This document shows, one piece after another, positions 44,774-57,289 of a stretch of 64,000 bases of DNA. Both the position numbers and the translations under genes were made by a program. Numbering within the stretch: position 1 is the stretch's first letter; every line of letters starts with the position of its first letter. The DNA comes from an uncultured Gemmatimonadaceae bacterium (lineage in GTDB: Bacteria > Gemmatimonadota > Gemmatimonadetes > Gemmatimonadales > Gemmatimonadaceae): the NCBI GenBank assembly GCA_963751275.1, contig CAVVTZ010000007.1, positions 736,001-800,000 on the forward strand. Reading direction: 5' to 3'. The notes beneath the pieces are model-generated. The model saw only the letters and a program-made list of their open reading frames with translations. It made no database searches and was not told the DNA's origin.

Positions 44774-45603
44774 GCGGCTCGCCGGCCGGCGACGTCGGGA
44801 CCGCGGCGCGCGCGATCGCGGCGCGCAGCGCGGGAGCCGCGCCGCGGATCGCGCTCATCCTGGGGTCCGGACTCGGCGGGCTCGCCGCGGAACTCGACGG
44901 GCGCGTGGAGATCCCCTTTCGCGACATCCCCGGTTTCCCCGCCGCGTCGGTGAGCGGACACGCGGGCGTCGTCGCGGCCGGCACGCTCGAAGGCGTGCCG
45001 GTGCTGGCGTTCGCGGGCCGCTTCCACATGTACGAGGGGCATTCCGCGGATACCGCCGCGCTGCCGGTGCGCGTGGCGCATGCACTGGGCGCGCGCAGCC
45101 TCTTCGTGTCGAACGCCGCCGGCGGGATCAACGCCGCGTACGGGCCCGGCGACCTCATGCTCATCCGGGATCACATCAACATGATGTTCCGCAATCCGCT
45201 CATCGGCGCCGTGCGCGGCGGCGAGACGCGCTTTCCCGACATGTCGGATCCGTACGACCCCGCGCTGCTGGAGCATTTGCGCGGCGCCGCGCAGGCGCTC
45301 GGCATCGCCGTGCGCGAAGGCGTGTACGCCGGATTGCTCGGCCCGAGCTACGAGACGCTCGCTGAAGTGCGGATGCTCCGCGTGCTCGGCGCCGACGCGG
45401 TCGGGATGTCCACCGTGCCGGAGGTGATCGCCGCGCGCGCGCTCGGGATGCGCGTGGCGGGCGTGAGCTGCATCACGAACGCCGCGGCGGGACTCGGCGA
45501 TGCGCCGCTGGATCACGCGGAAGTGCTCGAGGTCACGGCGCGGGGCGCGGAGCGGTTCAAGTCGCTGGTGCGCGAGTTCGTGCGCCGCGCCGGCGGGGCC
45601 TAG
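44770..45603 (+). CDS. Trimeric purine-nucleoside phosphorylase
   Basis: Motifs ILGSGLG, GRFHMYEG, NAAGG, GPSYET, GMSTVPE and CITN. Confidence 0.94.
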   Translation: MSGSPAGDVGTAARAIAARSAGAAPRIALILGSGLGGLAAELDGRVEIPFRDIPGFPAASVSGHAGVVAAGTLEGVPVLAFAGRFHMYEGHSADTAALPVRVAHALGARSLFVSNAAGGINAAYGPGDLMLIRDHINMMFRNPLIGAVRGGETRFPDMSDPYDPALLEHLRGAAQALGIAVREGVYAGLLGPSYETLAEVRMLRVLGADAVGMSTVPEVIAARALGMRVAGVSCITNAAAGLGDAPLDHAEVLEVTARGAERFKSLVREFVRRAGGA

Positions 45604-46382
45604 TAGTCCGCGAAGAAATCGAGCGGGCCGTGCCCGGCGCCGAGTCCGGGCGCACCGGCGATCGCGGCATCGACGAATGCGATCGCGGTCTCCACCGCCT
45701 CACGGAGTGGGCGGCCGAGCGCGAGCTGCGCGGTGATCGCCGCCGAGAGCGTGCAGCCGGTGCCGTGCGTGCTGGTGGAGTCGATGCGGCGGCGCGTGAA
45801 CACGAAAACGTCGGCGCCATCGAAGAGCACGTCCGTGATGGCGGGCCCGCCGAGGTGTCCGCCTTTCACGAGCGCGGCTTTGGCGCCGCGCGCTACGAGT
45901 TCCCGCGCGCAGGCGGACATCGCGTCCACATCGCGCACGGCGAGTGCCGTGAGCCGCTCGGCCTCGTCGAGGTTCGGCGTCACGAGCGTCGCGAGCGGCA
46001 GGAGCAGTTCGAGGATCGCCGGAACGACCTTGTCATGCGCGAGCGAGTCGCCCGACGTCGCGATGAGCACGGGGTCGAGCACGTACGGCGCGAGCGCGTG
46101 GCGGCGGAGGCCCGCGGCGACGGTCTCGATGATCGCGCGGTCCGCGAGCATGCCGCTCTTCACCGCGGCGGGGCGGAGGTCCGAGGCCACGGCGTCGAGC
46201 TGCGCCGCCACGAGATCGGGTGTCATCGCGCTCCACGCGGAGACACCGCGCGTGTTCTGCGCCGTCACCGCGGTCACGACCGAGGTGCCGAAGACGCCGA
46301 ACCGGTGGAAGGTTTTCAGGTCGGCCTGGATGCCGGCGCCGCCTCCGGAATCCGAGCCGGCAATGGTGAGCGCGATGCGCAT
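45600..46382 (-). CDS. thiD: Hydroxymethylpyrimidine/phosphomethylpyrimidine kinase
   Basis: Motifs IAGSDSGGGAGIQADLKT, TPNLDE, KGGH and HGTGC. Confidence 0.95.
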   Translation of the reverse strand: MRIALTIAGSDSGGGAGIQADLKTFHRFGVFGTSVVTAVTAQNTRGVSAWSAMTPDLVAAQLDAVASDLRPAAVKSGMLADRAIIETVAAGLRRHALAPYVLDPVLIATSGDSLAHDKVVPAILELLLPLATLVTPNLDEAERLTALAVRDVDAMSACARELVARGAKAALVKGGHLGGPAITDVLFDGADVFVFTRRRIDSTSTHGTGCTLSAAITAQLALGRPLREAVETAIAFVDAAIAGAPGLGAGHGPLDFFADY

Positions 46383-46488
46383 GCCGAATGATGCGGCGCC
46401 GCGCGCGGGCCTTCAACGGCGTGACGGGCGCCGCCGCCGCCGCGTCAAACAGGGCAGGCTCACGCCCTCACCGGATGGGATCCGCCAC

Positions 46489-47364
46489 ATGGAACCGCTC
46501 GCCACCAACGTCCTGTACATCGGCGTCGACACGTCCACCGCGGTGCTTCGCGCCGCGCTGGAGCTCGTGTCGCGCAGCGGCGACGCGCGATTCGCGCTGA
46601 CGCACGCGGCGGTGGACAGCGCCGATGGCCTCGAGCGGCTCGCGGCGGGCGGCGTGGATGTGGTGATCGTCGATGCGGCGGCGTCGCCCGAAGGCGCGAT
46701 GGACGCGCTCGTGCGTTCGCGCATCGAGGCGCCCGATGTGCCGGTGGTCGTCCTCGGCGCCGGCGACGAGAACGGCGCCGGCGCGGCCGCGCTGCAGGCC
46801 GGCGCGCAGGATTGGGTGGCGCGCGATCCGCTCGACGGGCCGCTGCTCGCGCGCGTGCTGCGCTACGCGATCGAGCGCGAGCGGCTGCAGTCCACGCTCC
46901 GCCAGCTCGCGCTGACCGATCCGCTCACCGGCCTCTACAACCGACGCGGCTTCCTCACGCTCGCGGACCATCATCTCCGTCTCGCGCCGCGCACGCGCGG
47001 CGTGCTGCTCGCGTCGGCCGACGTGCCGGCGCTCAAGCAGATCAACGAGCAGCACGGGCGCGATGAGGGCGACCGGTCGCTGCTCGGCGCCGCCGAGGTG
47101 CTGCGCGACACCTTCCGCGCCTCGGATGTGGTGGCGCGGCTTGGCGCCGACGATTTCGCGGTGCTCGTCCTGGATGCCGCGGAGGAGACCGAGGATGTGA
47201 TCGGCCCGCGCCTGCGCGCGCACATGAAGCGCCATCGCGAGCAGCATCCGGATGCGCGCGTGCCGCTCTCGCTGTCGCTGGGGATCGTGCGCTACGACAG
47301 CGCGGCGCCGCCGATCGCCGCGGACCTGCTCGCGCGCGCCGCGTCCGCGCGCGCGCCGGCCTGA
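46489..47364 (+). CDS. REC-GGDEF protein with degenerate motifs
   Basis: Receiver-like N-terminus, TDPLTGLYNRRGF, an RASD I-site, and GADDF in place of GG(D/E)EF. Confidence 0.85.
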   Translation: MEPLATNVLYIGVDTSTAVLRAALELVSRSGDARFALTHAAVDSADGLERLAAGGVDVVIVDAAASPEGAMDALVRSRIEAPDVPVVVLGAGDENGAGAAALQAGAQDWVARDPLDGPLLARVLRYAIERERLQSTLRQLALTDPLTGLYNRRGFLTLADHHLRLAPRTRGVLLASADVPALKQINEQHGRDEGDRSLLGAAEVLRDTFRASDVVARLGADDFAVLVLDAAEETEDVIGPRLRAHMKRHREQHPDARVPLSLSLGIVRYDSAAPPIAADLLARAASARAPA

Positions 47365-47376
47365 ACGCGCCCCCGC

Positions 47377-48223
47377 TCAGTTCGCGGGCTGCGGCGGGTA
47401 GGGCGGGAGCGCGTCGAAGCGCTTCTTGAATTTCCGGAAGTTCGGCGTGTCGCGCGTGAGCGACTCGAGCTGCTTGCGATCCATCTTGTCGATGGCATCG
47501 AGCGTGAACCCGATGCGGTCCTCCTCGATCGGGTGGTTGATGAACCAGCGCCTCGAGCTTCTCCGGGCTCCGTTTCCGCTCCTCCAGCAGCTTCTCGAAC
47601 ATCGACGTCATCCCGCGCGGATCGATCCCCGCCCGCACCACGTAGATCATCCCGACGGAGTCGGCCTCGTGCTCCGCATCGCGGCTGAACTTGGCGAACA
47701 TCGCGCCCTCGCCGGCGTTGATCCCGACGCCCGCGGCCTGCGAGCACGCGCGCGTGAGGACGCACGCGAGCCCCGTGCCGATCTCCGCGATCTCCCCCTT
47801 CTGCTGCAGCTTCACCGAGTGCCGCTGCGTGACGTGGCCGATCTCGTGACCGATCACGCCCGCGAGCTCATCCAGGCTGTCCGTGCGCTCGATGAGCCCG
47901 CGGTTCACGAACACGTACCCGCCCGGCAGCGCGAAGGCGTTGATCTCGGGGCTGTCCACGACGTAGAAATGCCATTCGAGATCGCGCGTATCCGCCACGG
48001 AGGCGAGCGAATCGCCGAGCACCGTGATGTAGCGGTTGATGTCGGGGTCGGTGACCATCGGCAGGGAGTGCGTCACCTGTGCGGCCTCCTGCTGGCCCTG
48101 CTTCACTTCGCCCGCCGTGGAGGTGGCGCAGCCCGCGGCCGCGCCGGCGGCGATGATCGCCGCGGCCGGGAGTAGGCGGCGCGCACCGCGAGTGATACTG
48201 TTCAGCACCGTGACTCGACGCAT
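47377..48223 (-). CDS. M48 family zinc metalloprotease lipoprotein, frameshift ~47543
   Basis: Lipobox AAG-C, NAFALPGG, HEIGH and FSRDAEHEAD. The shifted frame ends ..PPYPPQPAN at a TGA at 47377. Confidence 0.88.
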
Positions 48224-48226
48224 ATC

Positions 48227-48991
48227 GTGAAATTACTGACCCTGGCGCGCGATCTGCAACGGCGCCGCGCGCGCGAACGCGAGGAACTTTTCGTCTGCGA
48301 AGGGGTGCGCGCGGTGGAGGAATTGCTGCGCTCGCCGCTCGTGGTGACGGGCGCGCTGATCGCGCCCGCGCTCGCCGGCGCGCCACGCGGCGCCGCGCTC
48401 CGCGAGCAGCTCGAGGCGAAGGGCGTGCCCGTGCTGGCCGTGACCGACCGCGAATTCGCGAGCGCCGCGGGCACCGAGTCGCCGCAGGGCGTGCTCGCCG
48501 TCGCCGGCGTGCCGCGCCGCTCGCTGGCCGAGCTCGGCGCCGCGCTCCCGGCGCGCGCGCGGCTCCTCGTGCTCGATGCCATCCAGGATCCCGGCAATGT
48601 CGGCGCACTCCTGCGCACCGCGGCCGCGCTCGGCGCGACGGCCGTCTTCGCGATGCCGGGCACCGTTGACCTCTGGAACGGGAAGGTCGTCCGTAGCGCG
48701 ATGGGTGCGCTCTTCCACCGGCCGGCTCTCTCCTGCGATTGGGATGCGCTCGACGCGCTCCTGACGGCGCGCGCCATCCCGCTCTGGGGCGCCGATGCGG
48801 GCGGCGATCCGCTGGACGGCATGCGGGCGCCGGCGTCGCTCGCGCTCGCGATGGGCAACGAAGGCGCGGGGCTGAGCGACGCGGCGCGGTCGCGCGTCAT
48901 CCGGCGCGTCGCGGTCCCGATCGCGTCGGACATCGAATCACTCAACGTCGCGGTCGCGGCGGGGATCATCCTCTACCAACTCCGCGCGTGA
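48227..48991 (+). CDS. TrmH/SpoU family RNA methyltransferase
   Basis: Motifs QDPGNVGALLRTA, GNEGAG and ESLNVAVA. Confidence 0.92.
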   Translation: MKLLTLARDLQRRRAREREELFVCEGVRAVEELLRSPLVVTGALIAPALAGAPRGAALREQLEAKGVPVLAVTDREFASAAGTESPQGVLAVAGVPRRSLAELGAALPARARLLVLDAIQDPGNVGALLRTAAALGATAVFAMPGTVDLWNGKVVRSAMGALFHRPALSCDWDALDALLTARAIPLWGADAGGDPLDGMRAPASLALAMGNEGAGLSDAARSRVIRRVAVPIASDIESLNVAVAAGIILYQLRA

Positions 48992-49837
48992 ACGCTGACC
49001 TCGCCGCTCTTCCCCATTGGTTCGTGTACGCCGTGGCCGCCTTCTTCGGTGCGCTGCTTCGGCTCGTTCCTCAACGTGTGCGTGGCGCGCTGGCCGAAAG
49101 AGCTTTCGGTGTCCGGCCGCCGTCGCGCTGCCCGCGCTGCGGCGCCGGCATCGCGTGGTACGACAACATCCCGGTGCTCAGCTGGTTCGCGCTCCGCGGC
49201 GAAGTGCCGCGGCTGCGGGCTGCCGATCTCGCCGGTGTATCCGCTCGTCGAGCTCGTGGTGGCGATGATCTGGGTCGCGGCGGCGATGCACTTCGGGCCA
49301 TCGCTCACGGCGCTCCGCTTCGCGATGTTCTGCACCGTGCTGCTCGGCGTGATGCTCACCGACGCGACGCACTACGTGATCCCCGACGGCTTCACCGTGT
49401 TCGGCCTCGTGTGGGCGATCGCGATGTCGATGTTCGCCTATGTGCGCGACGATGTGTCGGTGTTCGCGGGTCCGGGCGATGCCGTGCTCGGCGCCTGCGT
49501 CGGCGCGGGCGCGATCACGATCATCGGGTGGTTCGGCGAGATGCTCCTGAAGAAGGAGGCGATGGGGTTCGGGGACGTCACGCTCATGGCGATGGTCGGC
49601 GCGCAGCTCGGGCCGGGTCGCTCGCTGCTCACCATCTTCCTCGGCGCCGCGGTCGGCGCCGTGATCTTCATCGTGGTCGTGCTCCCCATCGCCTGGCTGC
49701 GCAGCAAGCGCACCGGCACGGCGTACGATCCCCCGCTCGTTCCCTTCGGCATCTTCCTCGCCCCCGGCGCCGTGATCGCGCTGCTCTGGGGCACCGATCT
49801 CATTCGCTGGTACCGCTCAGGAGTGATGGGACTATGA
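48988..49837 (+). CDS. pilD: Prepilin peptidase (A24), frameshifts in the 5' part
   Basis: GSFLNVCV, CPRC...CRGC cysteine pairs across frames, IPD and MGFGD. Confidence 0.88.
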
Positions 49838-51081
49838 GAAAGCCGAGCCGCTGGTTGGCGCCGCTCGTCGCGGCGGTCGCACTCGCCGCGTGCGCCCGCG
49901 CGCAGCGCGCGCAGGATCCGTACGGCGCGCAGGTCGCCGATGCCGTGCCGATGATCGAGAAGGCCACCGGCCTGCGATTCAAGACGCAGCCGCGCTACGA
50001 GATCCGCAGCAAGGCGGACGTGCACGCGTTCCTCGACAAGGCGTTCAACGAGGAGAAATCGGCGCGCGACATCGCGGCACAGCAGACCGTGCTGCGGCGC
50101 CTCGGCATCATCCCCGACACCCTCGACCTGCGAAAGCTGATGCTCGACCTGCTCACCGAGCAGGTGGTCGGCTTCTACGATCCGAAGACCAAGGTGCTGT
50201 ACATCGTGCAGGGCTCGCCCGCCGATCAGGTCGGCTTCGTCATCCAGCACGAGCTGGTGCACGCGCTGCAGGACCAGTACATGAACCTCGATTCCATCCA
50301 GAACGTGAAGGGCGAGGACGACCGCGTGCTCGCGGCGCAGGCGGTGTTCGAGGGGCAAGCGACGCTCGTGCCCTTGCAGGCGATGATGGGCCCGGGCGTG
50401 GACATGCCCGCCGGCTGGGACCGCATCCGCGACATGATCCGCGAGCAGCAATCGTCGATGCCCGTGTTCGCGCGGACCCCCGAGTTCCTGCAGGAGCAGC
50501 TGATCTTTCCGTACATCAACGGCATGGAGTTCATGCGGCGGTTCAATCGTGAACGGCCGGGCGAGATGCCATACGGGAAGGACCTCCCCGCTTCGAGCGC
50601 GCAGATCGTGCACCCCAGCGAGTACTTCGCCTCGCCGCGCGAGATGCCGATCACCATCACGTTCCCCGCGCCACGCAGCGGCACGCTGACGTACGACAAC
50701 GTGATGGGCGAATTCTCAACGAAAATGTTGATCTATCAGATGCTGCGGGATCAGAATCAGGCGACGCAGGCCGCCGCCGGCTGGACCGGCGACCGCTACG
50801 TGCTCGTGCACACGCCGCAGGGCGACGCCTTCGCCTGGCTCATGTTGTTCGAGACCCCCGTGGACGCCGTGGAATTCGCCACCGCGATGCAACACCTCGC
50901 CGCCACGCGCTACAACGCGACCGGCACGAAGATCCCGACCGGCATGACCTTCTCGACCTCGGGCCGCTCGGTGATGGTCTGGGGCGGAGCGGTGGCGGGG
51001 CACCCCGCGGTGCTGTATGTCGATGTGCCGGCCGGCGTGGCGACGAATCTCTTCGATCTGGGGAAAGTCCGAGTCAATTAA
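49834..51081 (+). CDS. Lipoprotein with zincin-like HExxH motif, putative metallopeptidase
   Basis: Lipobox LAA-C, GFYDP, HELVHALQDQ and a downstream EGQA. Confidence 0.75.
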   Translation: MRKPSRWLAPLVAAVALAACARAQRAQDPYGAQVADAVPMIEKATGLRFKTQPRYEIRSKADVHAFLDKAFNEEKSARDIAAQQTVLRRLGIIPDTLDLRKLMLDLLTEQVVGFYDPKTKVLYIVQGSPADQVGFVIQHELVHALQDQYMNLDSIQNVKGEDDRVLAAQAVFEGQATLVPLQAMMGPGVDMPAGWDRIRDMIREQQSSMPVFARTPEFLQEQLIFPYINGMEFMRRFNRERPGEMPYGKDLPASSAQIVHPSEYFASPREMPITITFPAPRSGTLTYDNVMGEFSTKMLIYQMLRDQNQATQAAAGWTGDRYVLVHTPQGDAFAWLMLFETPVDAVEFATAMQHLAATRYNATGTKIPTGMTFSTSGRSVMVWGGAVAGHPAVLYVDVPAGVATNLFDLGKVRVN

Positions 51082-51164
51082 TGCAGACTTGGACTTTAGA
51101 CTTAGACGTCAGAATGCGACTCTGGACTGCAGTCTAACGTCCAAGTCTATAATCTAAGTCTGCA
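51082..51164. repeat. Inverted-repeat element E (32-bp arms of AGACTT-like units) between convergent genes
   Basis: Arms 51082-51113 and 51133-51164 with 5 mismatches. Confidence 0.88.
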
Positions 51165-51172
51165 GTTCCGAC

Positions 51173-52435
51173 TCAGAGCAGCTTCGCGACGTAGTAGATC
51201 AAGAGCCCCGCAAGGCCTCCGACCAGGGTGCCGTTGATCCGGATGAACTGCAGATCCTTCCCGATCGCGAGTTCGATCCGCTGCGAGGTGGCGTCGGGGT
51301 CCCAGCCGGCCACGGTCTGCGCGATGAGGGCCGATACCTCGCCCTGATAGCGCTCCACCACCGCGAGCGCGATGTCGGCGATGGAGCCGTTCAACTTCGC
51401 CACCAATTGCGGATCGCTCTTCGCGGTCTCGCCGAACGCGACGAGACCGCGCTCGATCGCACCCGGACTGAACGAATCGGGGCGGTCGGCATAGCGGAAC
51501 AGCGCGTTCTTCGCCTCCTCCCAGATCGCGGCCGAGAACTTCCGCACCGCCGCGTCATCGAGCAGCTCCAGCTTGAGCGCCTCGGCGCGCGCCTGCAGCT
51601 CCGGTGAACCGTTGAGCTTCGCGATGAAATCCTCGAGCGCCGCGTCGAAGCGCTGGCGCAGCGGGTGCCCCGGGTCGGCGCGCACCTCCTGCAGCGTGCG
51701 GTCCACGCCGGTCACGATCTTCTTGTGGATCTTGTCGTCCACCGCTTCGGGGATCCACCACGGGCTTTCCTTCTCGATGCGGTCGCGGATCGCGTCGGCG
51801 TTCTCGTGCACGGCGCGCGCGAGCAGCGCGATCGCCTGGTCGAGGATCTCCTGGTGCCGGCCGCCCTCGGTGACCACGCTCAACAGCTTGCCCGCGAGCG
51901 GCGCCACCTGCGTGCGCCGGATCCGCTCCTTGAGCACGCCGTCGATCAGTTCCTGCACATCCTCGTCGCGCAGCACGCGCACGCCGCCCGCCACCGCCGT
52001 CGCCGCATGCCGCGCCACGGCGCGCGCATTCGCCGGCTCGCTCAGCCACGCCGCCAGATGCTCGCCCACCTGCGCGTGCGCCAGCTTCTCGGCCAGCACC
52101 TCGCGGCTCAGGAAATGGCGCTGCACGAAGTTGCCGAGCGAGCGGCCGATCTGGTCCTTCCGCGCGGCGATGATCGCCGTGTGCGGGATCGGCAGACCGA
52201 GCGGATGCTTGAAGAGCGCCGTCACGGCGAACCAATCGGCGAGCCCGCCCACCATCGCCGCGCCGGCCGCGGCCTTTACCGGGTCGAGCCATTGGTGCGC
52301 GTGCACGAGCAACGCGGCCGCGAAGAAGATCGCGGTCGAGAGCACGAGCAATCCAGTGGCGCGACGTTTCATGCGCGCGAGCTGCACGCGCTTCGTCGCT
52401 TCGTCCGGCGGCGGCAGGAGTTGCGCTGGTGTCAC
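51173..52435 (-). CDS. DUF445 family membrane protein
   Basis: Motifs GGLADWFAVTALF..HTAII and GKDLQFIRINGTLVGG. Confidence 0.9.
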   Translation of the reverse strand: MTPAQLLPPPDEATKRVQLARMKRRATGLLVLSTAIFFAAALLVHAHQWLDPVKAAAGAAMVGGLADWFAVTALFKHPLGLPIPHTAIIAARKDQIGRSLGNFVQRHFLSREVLAEKLAHAQVGEHLAAWLSEPANARAVARHAATAVAGGVRVLRDEDVQELIDGVLKERIRRTQVAPLAGKLLSVVTEGGRHQEILDQAIALLARAVHENADAIRDRIEKESPWWIPEAVDDKIHKKIVTGVDRTLQEVRADPGHPLRQRFDAALEDFIAKLNGSPELQARAEALKLELLDDAAVRKFSAAIWEEAKNALFRYADRPDSFSPGAIERGLVAFGETAKSDPQLVAKLNGSIADIALAVVERYQGEVSALIAQTVAGWDPDATSQRIELAIGKDLQFIRINGTLVGGLAGLLIYYVAKLL

Positions 52436-52472
52436 GGCGTTCCCCGCTGACTCGTGAGGAGCGGCGAAGCGC

Positions 52473-54933
<2,461 letters not shown>

Positions 54934-54990
54934 GAAGCTCCCGAGGGGGAGAGTTGCCCTAAATGATAATCGCGTCTACGTTTAAAGGCT

Positions 54991-56317
54991 ATGTTCGGTG
55001 AGCTTTCCGAGAAACTCGACGGGGTCCTTTCCCGCCTCCGCGGGCGGGGCGTGCTGTCCGACGCGGACGTCCGCGAAGGGCTGCGCGAGGTCCGCCGCGT
55101 CCTCCTGGAAGCCGACGTCAGCTTCGCGCTGACCCGCGAGTTCCTCGAGCGCGTCGAACGGCGCGCGACCGGCATCGCCACGCTGAACACGGTGTCGCCG
55201 GGGCAGCACCTGGTGAAGATCGTGCACGACGAGCTCGCCACGATGCTCGGCGAGCGGCGCGAGGCGCTGCGCCTCGGCACCGATCCCGCCGGGGGTGATC
55301 CTCGTGGTGGGGCTGCAGGGCTCGGGCAAGACGACCACCGCCGCGAAGCTCGCGAAGGTGCTGCTGAAGGAAGGGCGGGCGGTGCGGCTCGTCGCGGCGG
55401 ATGTGTATCGCCCTGCGGCGATCGACCAGCTCGAGACGCTCGGCGCCAAGATCAACGTGCCGGTATACGCGGACCGCGAATCGAAGGACGTGATCAAGAT
55501 CGCCCGGCACGGCGTCGAAGCGGCGAAGAAGGCGCGCGACCGGGTGGTGATCATCGATACCGCCGGCCGCCTGCAGATCGATGAAGCGATGATGGACGAA
55601 TTGCGCCGGCTGAAGGAGGCCGTCCACCCGGACGAGATCCTCCTTGTGGCCGACGGCATGACGGGGCAGGACGCGGTGAAGATCGCCCAGGGCTTCAACG
55701 ACGCGCTGGGCGTGACGGGCGTGATCCTCACCAAGATGGACGGCGATGCGCGCGGCGGCGCGGCGCTCTCGATCTACGGGATCACGAAGAAGCCGATCAA
55801 GTACATCGGTGTGGGCGAAGGGCTCGACGCGCTCGAGGAGTTCCACCCCGACCGCATGGCGGGCCGGATCCTGCAGATGGGCGACGTGGTGTCGCTCGTC
55901 GAGAAGGCGCAGGAGGCGTTCGACACCGAGGAGACGAAGAAGCTCGAGAAGAAGGTGCGGCGCGAAGGGATGGATCTGCAGGATTTCCTGCAGTCGCTCA
56001 AGCAGATCCAGCGCATGGGACCGCTCGAAGGCGTGTTGAAGATGCTGCCGGGCGTGAACACGAAGATGCTGAAGCAGGCGAAGATCGATCCGGACCGCAT
56101 GCGCCACATCGAGGCGATCGTGCTCTCGATGACGCCGGCGGAGCGGAAGGACCCGAAGGTGATCGACGGTTCGCGCCGTTTGCGGATCGCGAAGGGGAGC
56201 GGGCGGCCGATGAGCGAGGTGAACCGCCTGCTCGAGCAGTTCCGCGACATGCAGAAGATGATGAAGAAAATGGGGCAGGGACGAATGCCCATGCCGGGGA
56301 TGATGCCTCGTCGATGA
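54991..56317 (+). CDS. ffh: Signal recognition particle protein, frameshift ~55290
   Basis: Motifs LLEADV, GLQGSGKTT, DTAGR, TKMDGDARGG and a Met-rich M domain. Confidence 0.96.
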
Positions 56318-56442
56318 CGGCAGGGGCGCGTCTAGTAGTTAGCGTGTAGTACGACCAAGCACTACCGGGTGCGACGCCGGAATCGCCGGCTTTCGCGATG
56401 AGCCCGGGGCAGGTTGAGACCTTCAGGCAGCGAGGATACACC

Positions 56443-56751
56443 ATGGTTCGCATCAGACTCCGCCGCGTCGGCCGCAAGAAGACGCCGATCTACCGCATCG
56501 TCATCGCCGACCAGCGCAGCCCGCGCGACGGCCGCTTCATCGAGACGATCGGCCAGTACAATCCCCGCCTCGCCGAAGGGGGCCTCAACATCGAGATCGA
56601 CCGCGCCAACTACTGGCTCGATGTCGGCGCCCAGCCGAGCGACACGGTGCGCTCGCTGCTCCGCCGGGCCGGCGTGCTCAAGACGCGCCACACGGCGCGC
56701 GTCGCGGCCAAGAAGGTCGCGGGCGCGACGCCGGTGAAGGAATCGAGGTAG
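56443..56751 (+). CDS. rpsP: 30S ribosomal protein S16
   Basis: Motifs [17 protein letters not shown] and GAQPSDTV. Confidence 0.97.
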   Translation: MVRIRLRRVGRKKTPIYRIVIADQRSPRDGRFIETIGQYNPRLAEGGLNIEIDRANYWLDVGAQPSDTVRSLLRRAGVLKTRHTARVAAKKVAGATPVKESR

Positions 56752-56752
56752 C

Positions 56753-57289
56753 ATGAGCGCGCGCGACGCCCGCGATCTCGTGATCGTCGGGCGGCTGCGC
56801 CGCGCGCACGGCGTGAAGGGCGACATGATCGTCGAAGTGATCACCGACGCGCCGGCCGCGGTCTTCGTGGCCGGCCGTCGTTTTGTCATGGGCACGGACA
56901 AGGGCGATCCCAGCCCAAAGGGCGAGACGCTCACGCTCGCACGCGCCACGGCGCGCTTCAATGGATCATGGCTCCTCGGCTTTTCCGAGGTCCCGGGCCG
57001 CGACGAGACGGCGCGCTGGCGGCTGCACTATCTCCTCGTACCGCGCGGCCAACTCCCCGCTCCGGCCGAAGACGATGTGTACCTGCACGAACTCCCCGGC
57101 ATGCGCGTGGTGCTCGAGAGCGGCGCCGAGCTCGGGCCGGTGAAGGACATCTTCGAACTCCCCGCGGGGCTCGCGCTCGACGTTCAGTGGAAGTCGGGCA
57201 CGGTGCTGCTGCCATATCGTTTCGTGAGCCAGGTGGACCGCGCGGCACGCACGATCGTCGCCGCGCCCCCCGACGGATTGTTCGAATGA
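56753..57289 (+). CDS. rimM: 16S rRNA processing protein RimM
   Basis: VGRLRRAHGVKG and a PRC-barrel; sits between rpsP and trmD. Confidence 0.92.
   Translation: MSARDARDLVIVGRLRRAHGVKGDMIVEVITDAPAAVFVAGRRFVMGTDKGDPSPKGETLTLARATARFNGSWLLGFSEVPGRDETARWRLHYLLVPRGQLPAPAEDDVYLHELPGMRVVLESGAELGPVKDIFELPAGLALDVQWKSGTVLLPYRFVSQVDRAARTIVAAPPDGLFE

Noticed and set aside
46383..46488. TPP riboswitch upstream of thiD
   Set aside because: No CTGAGA/ACCTG core is visible, and the short gap is shared with a divergent gene.
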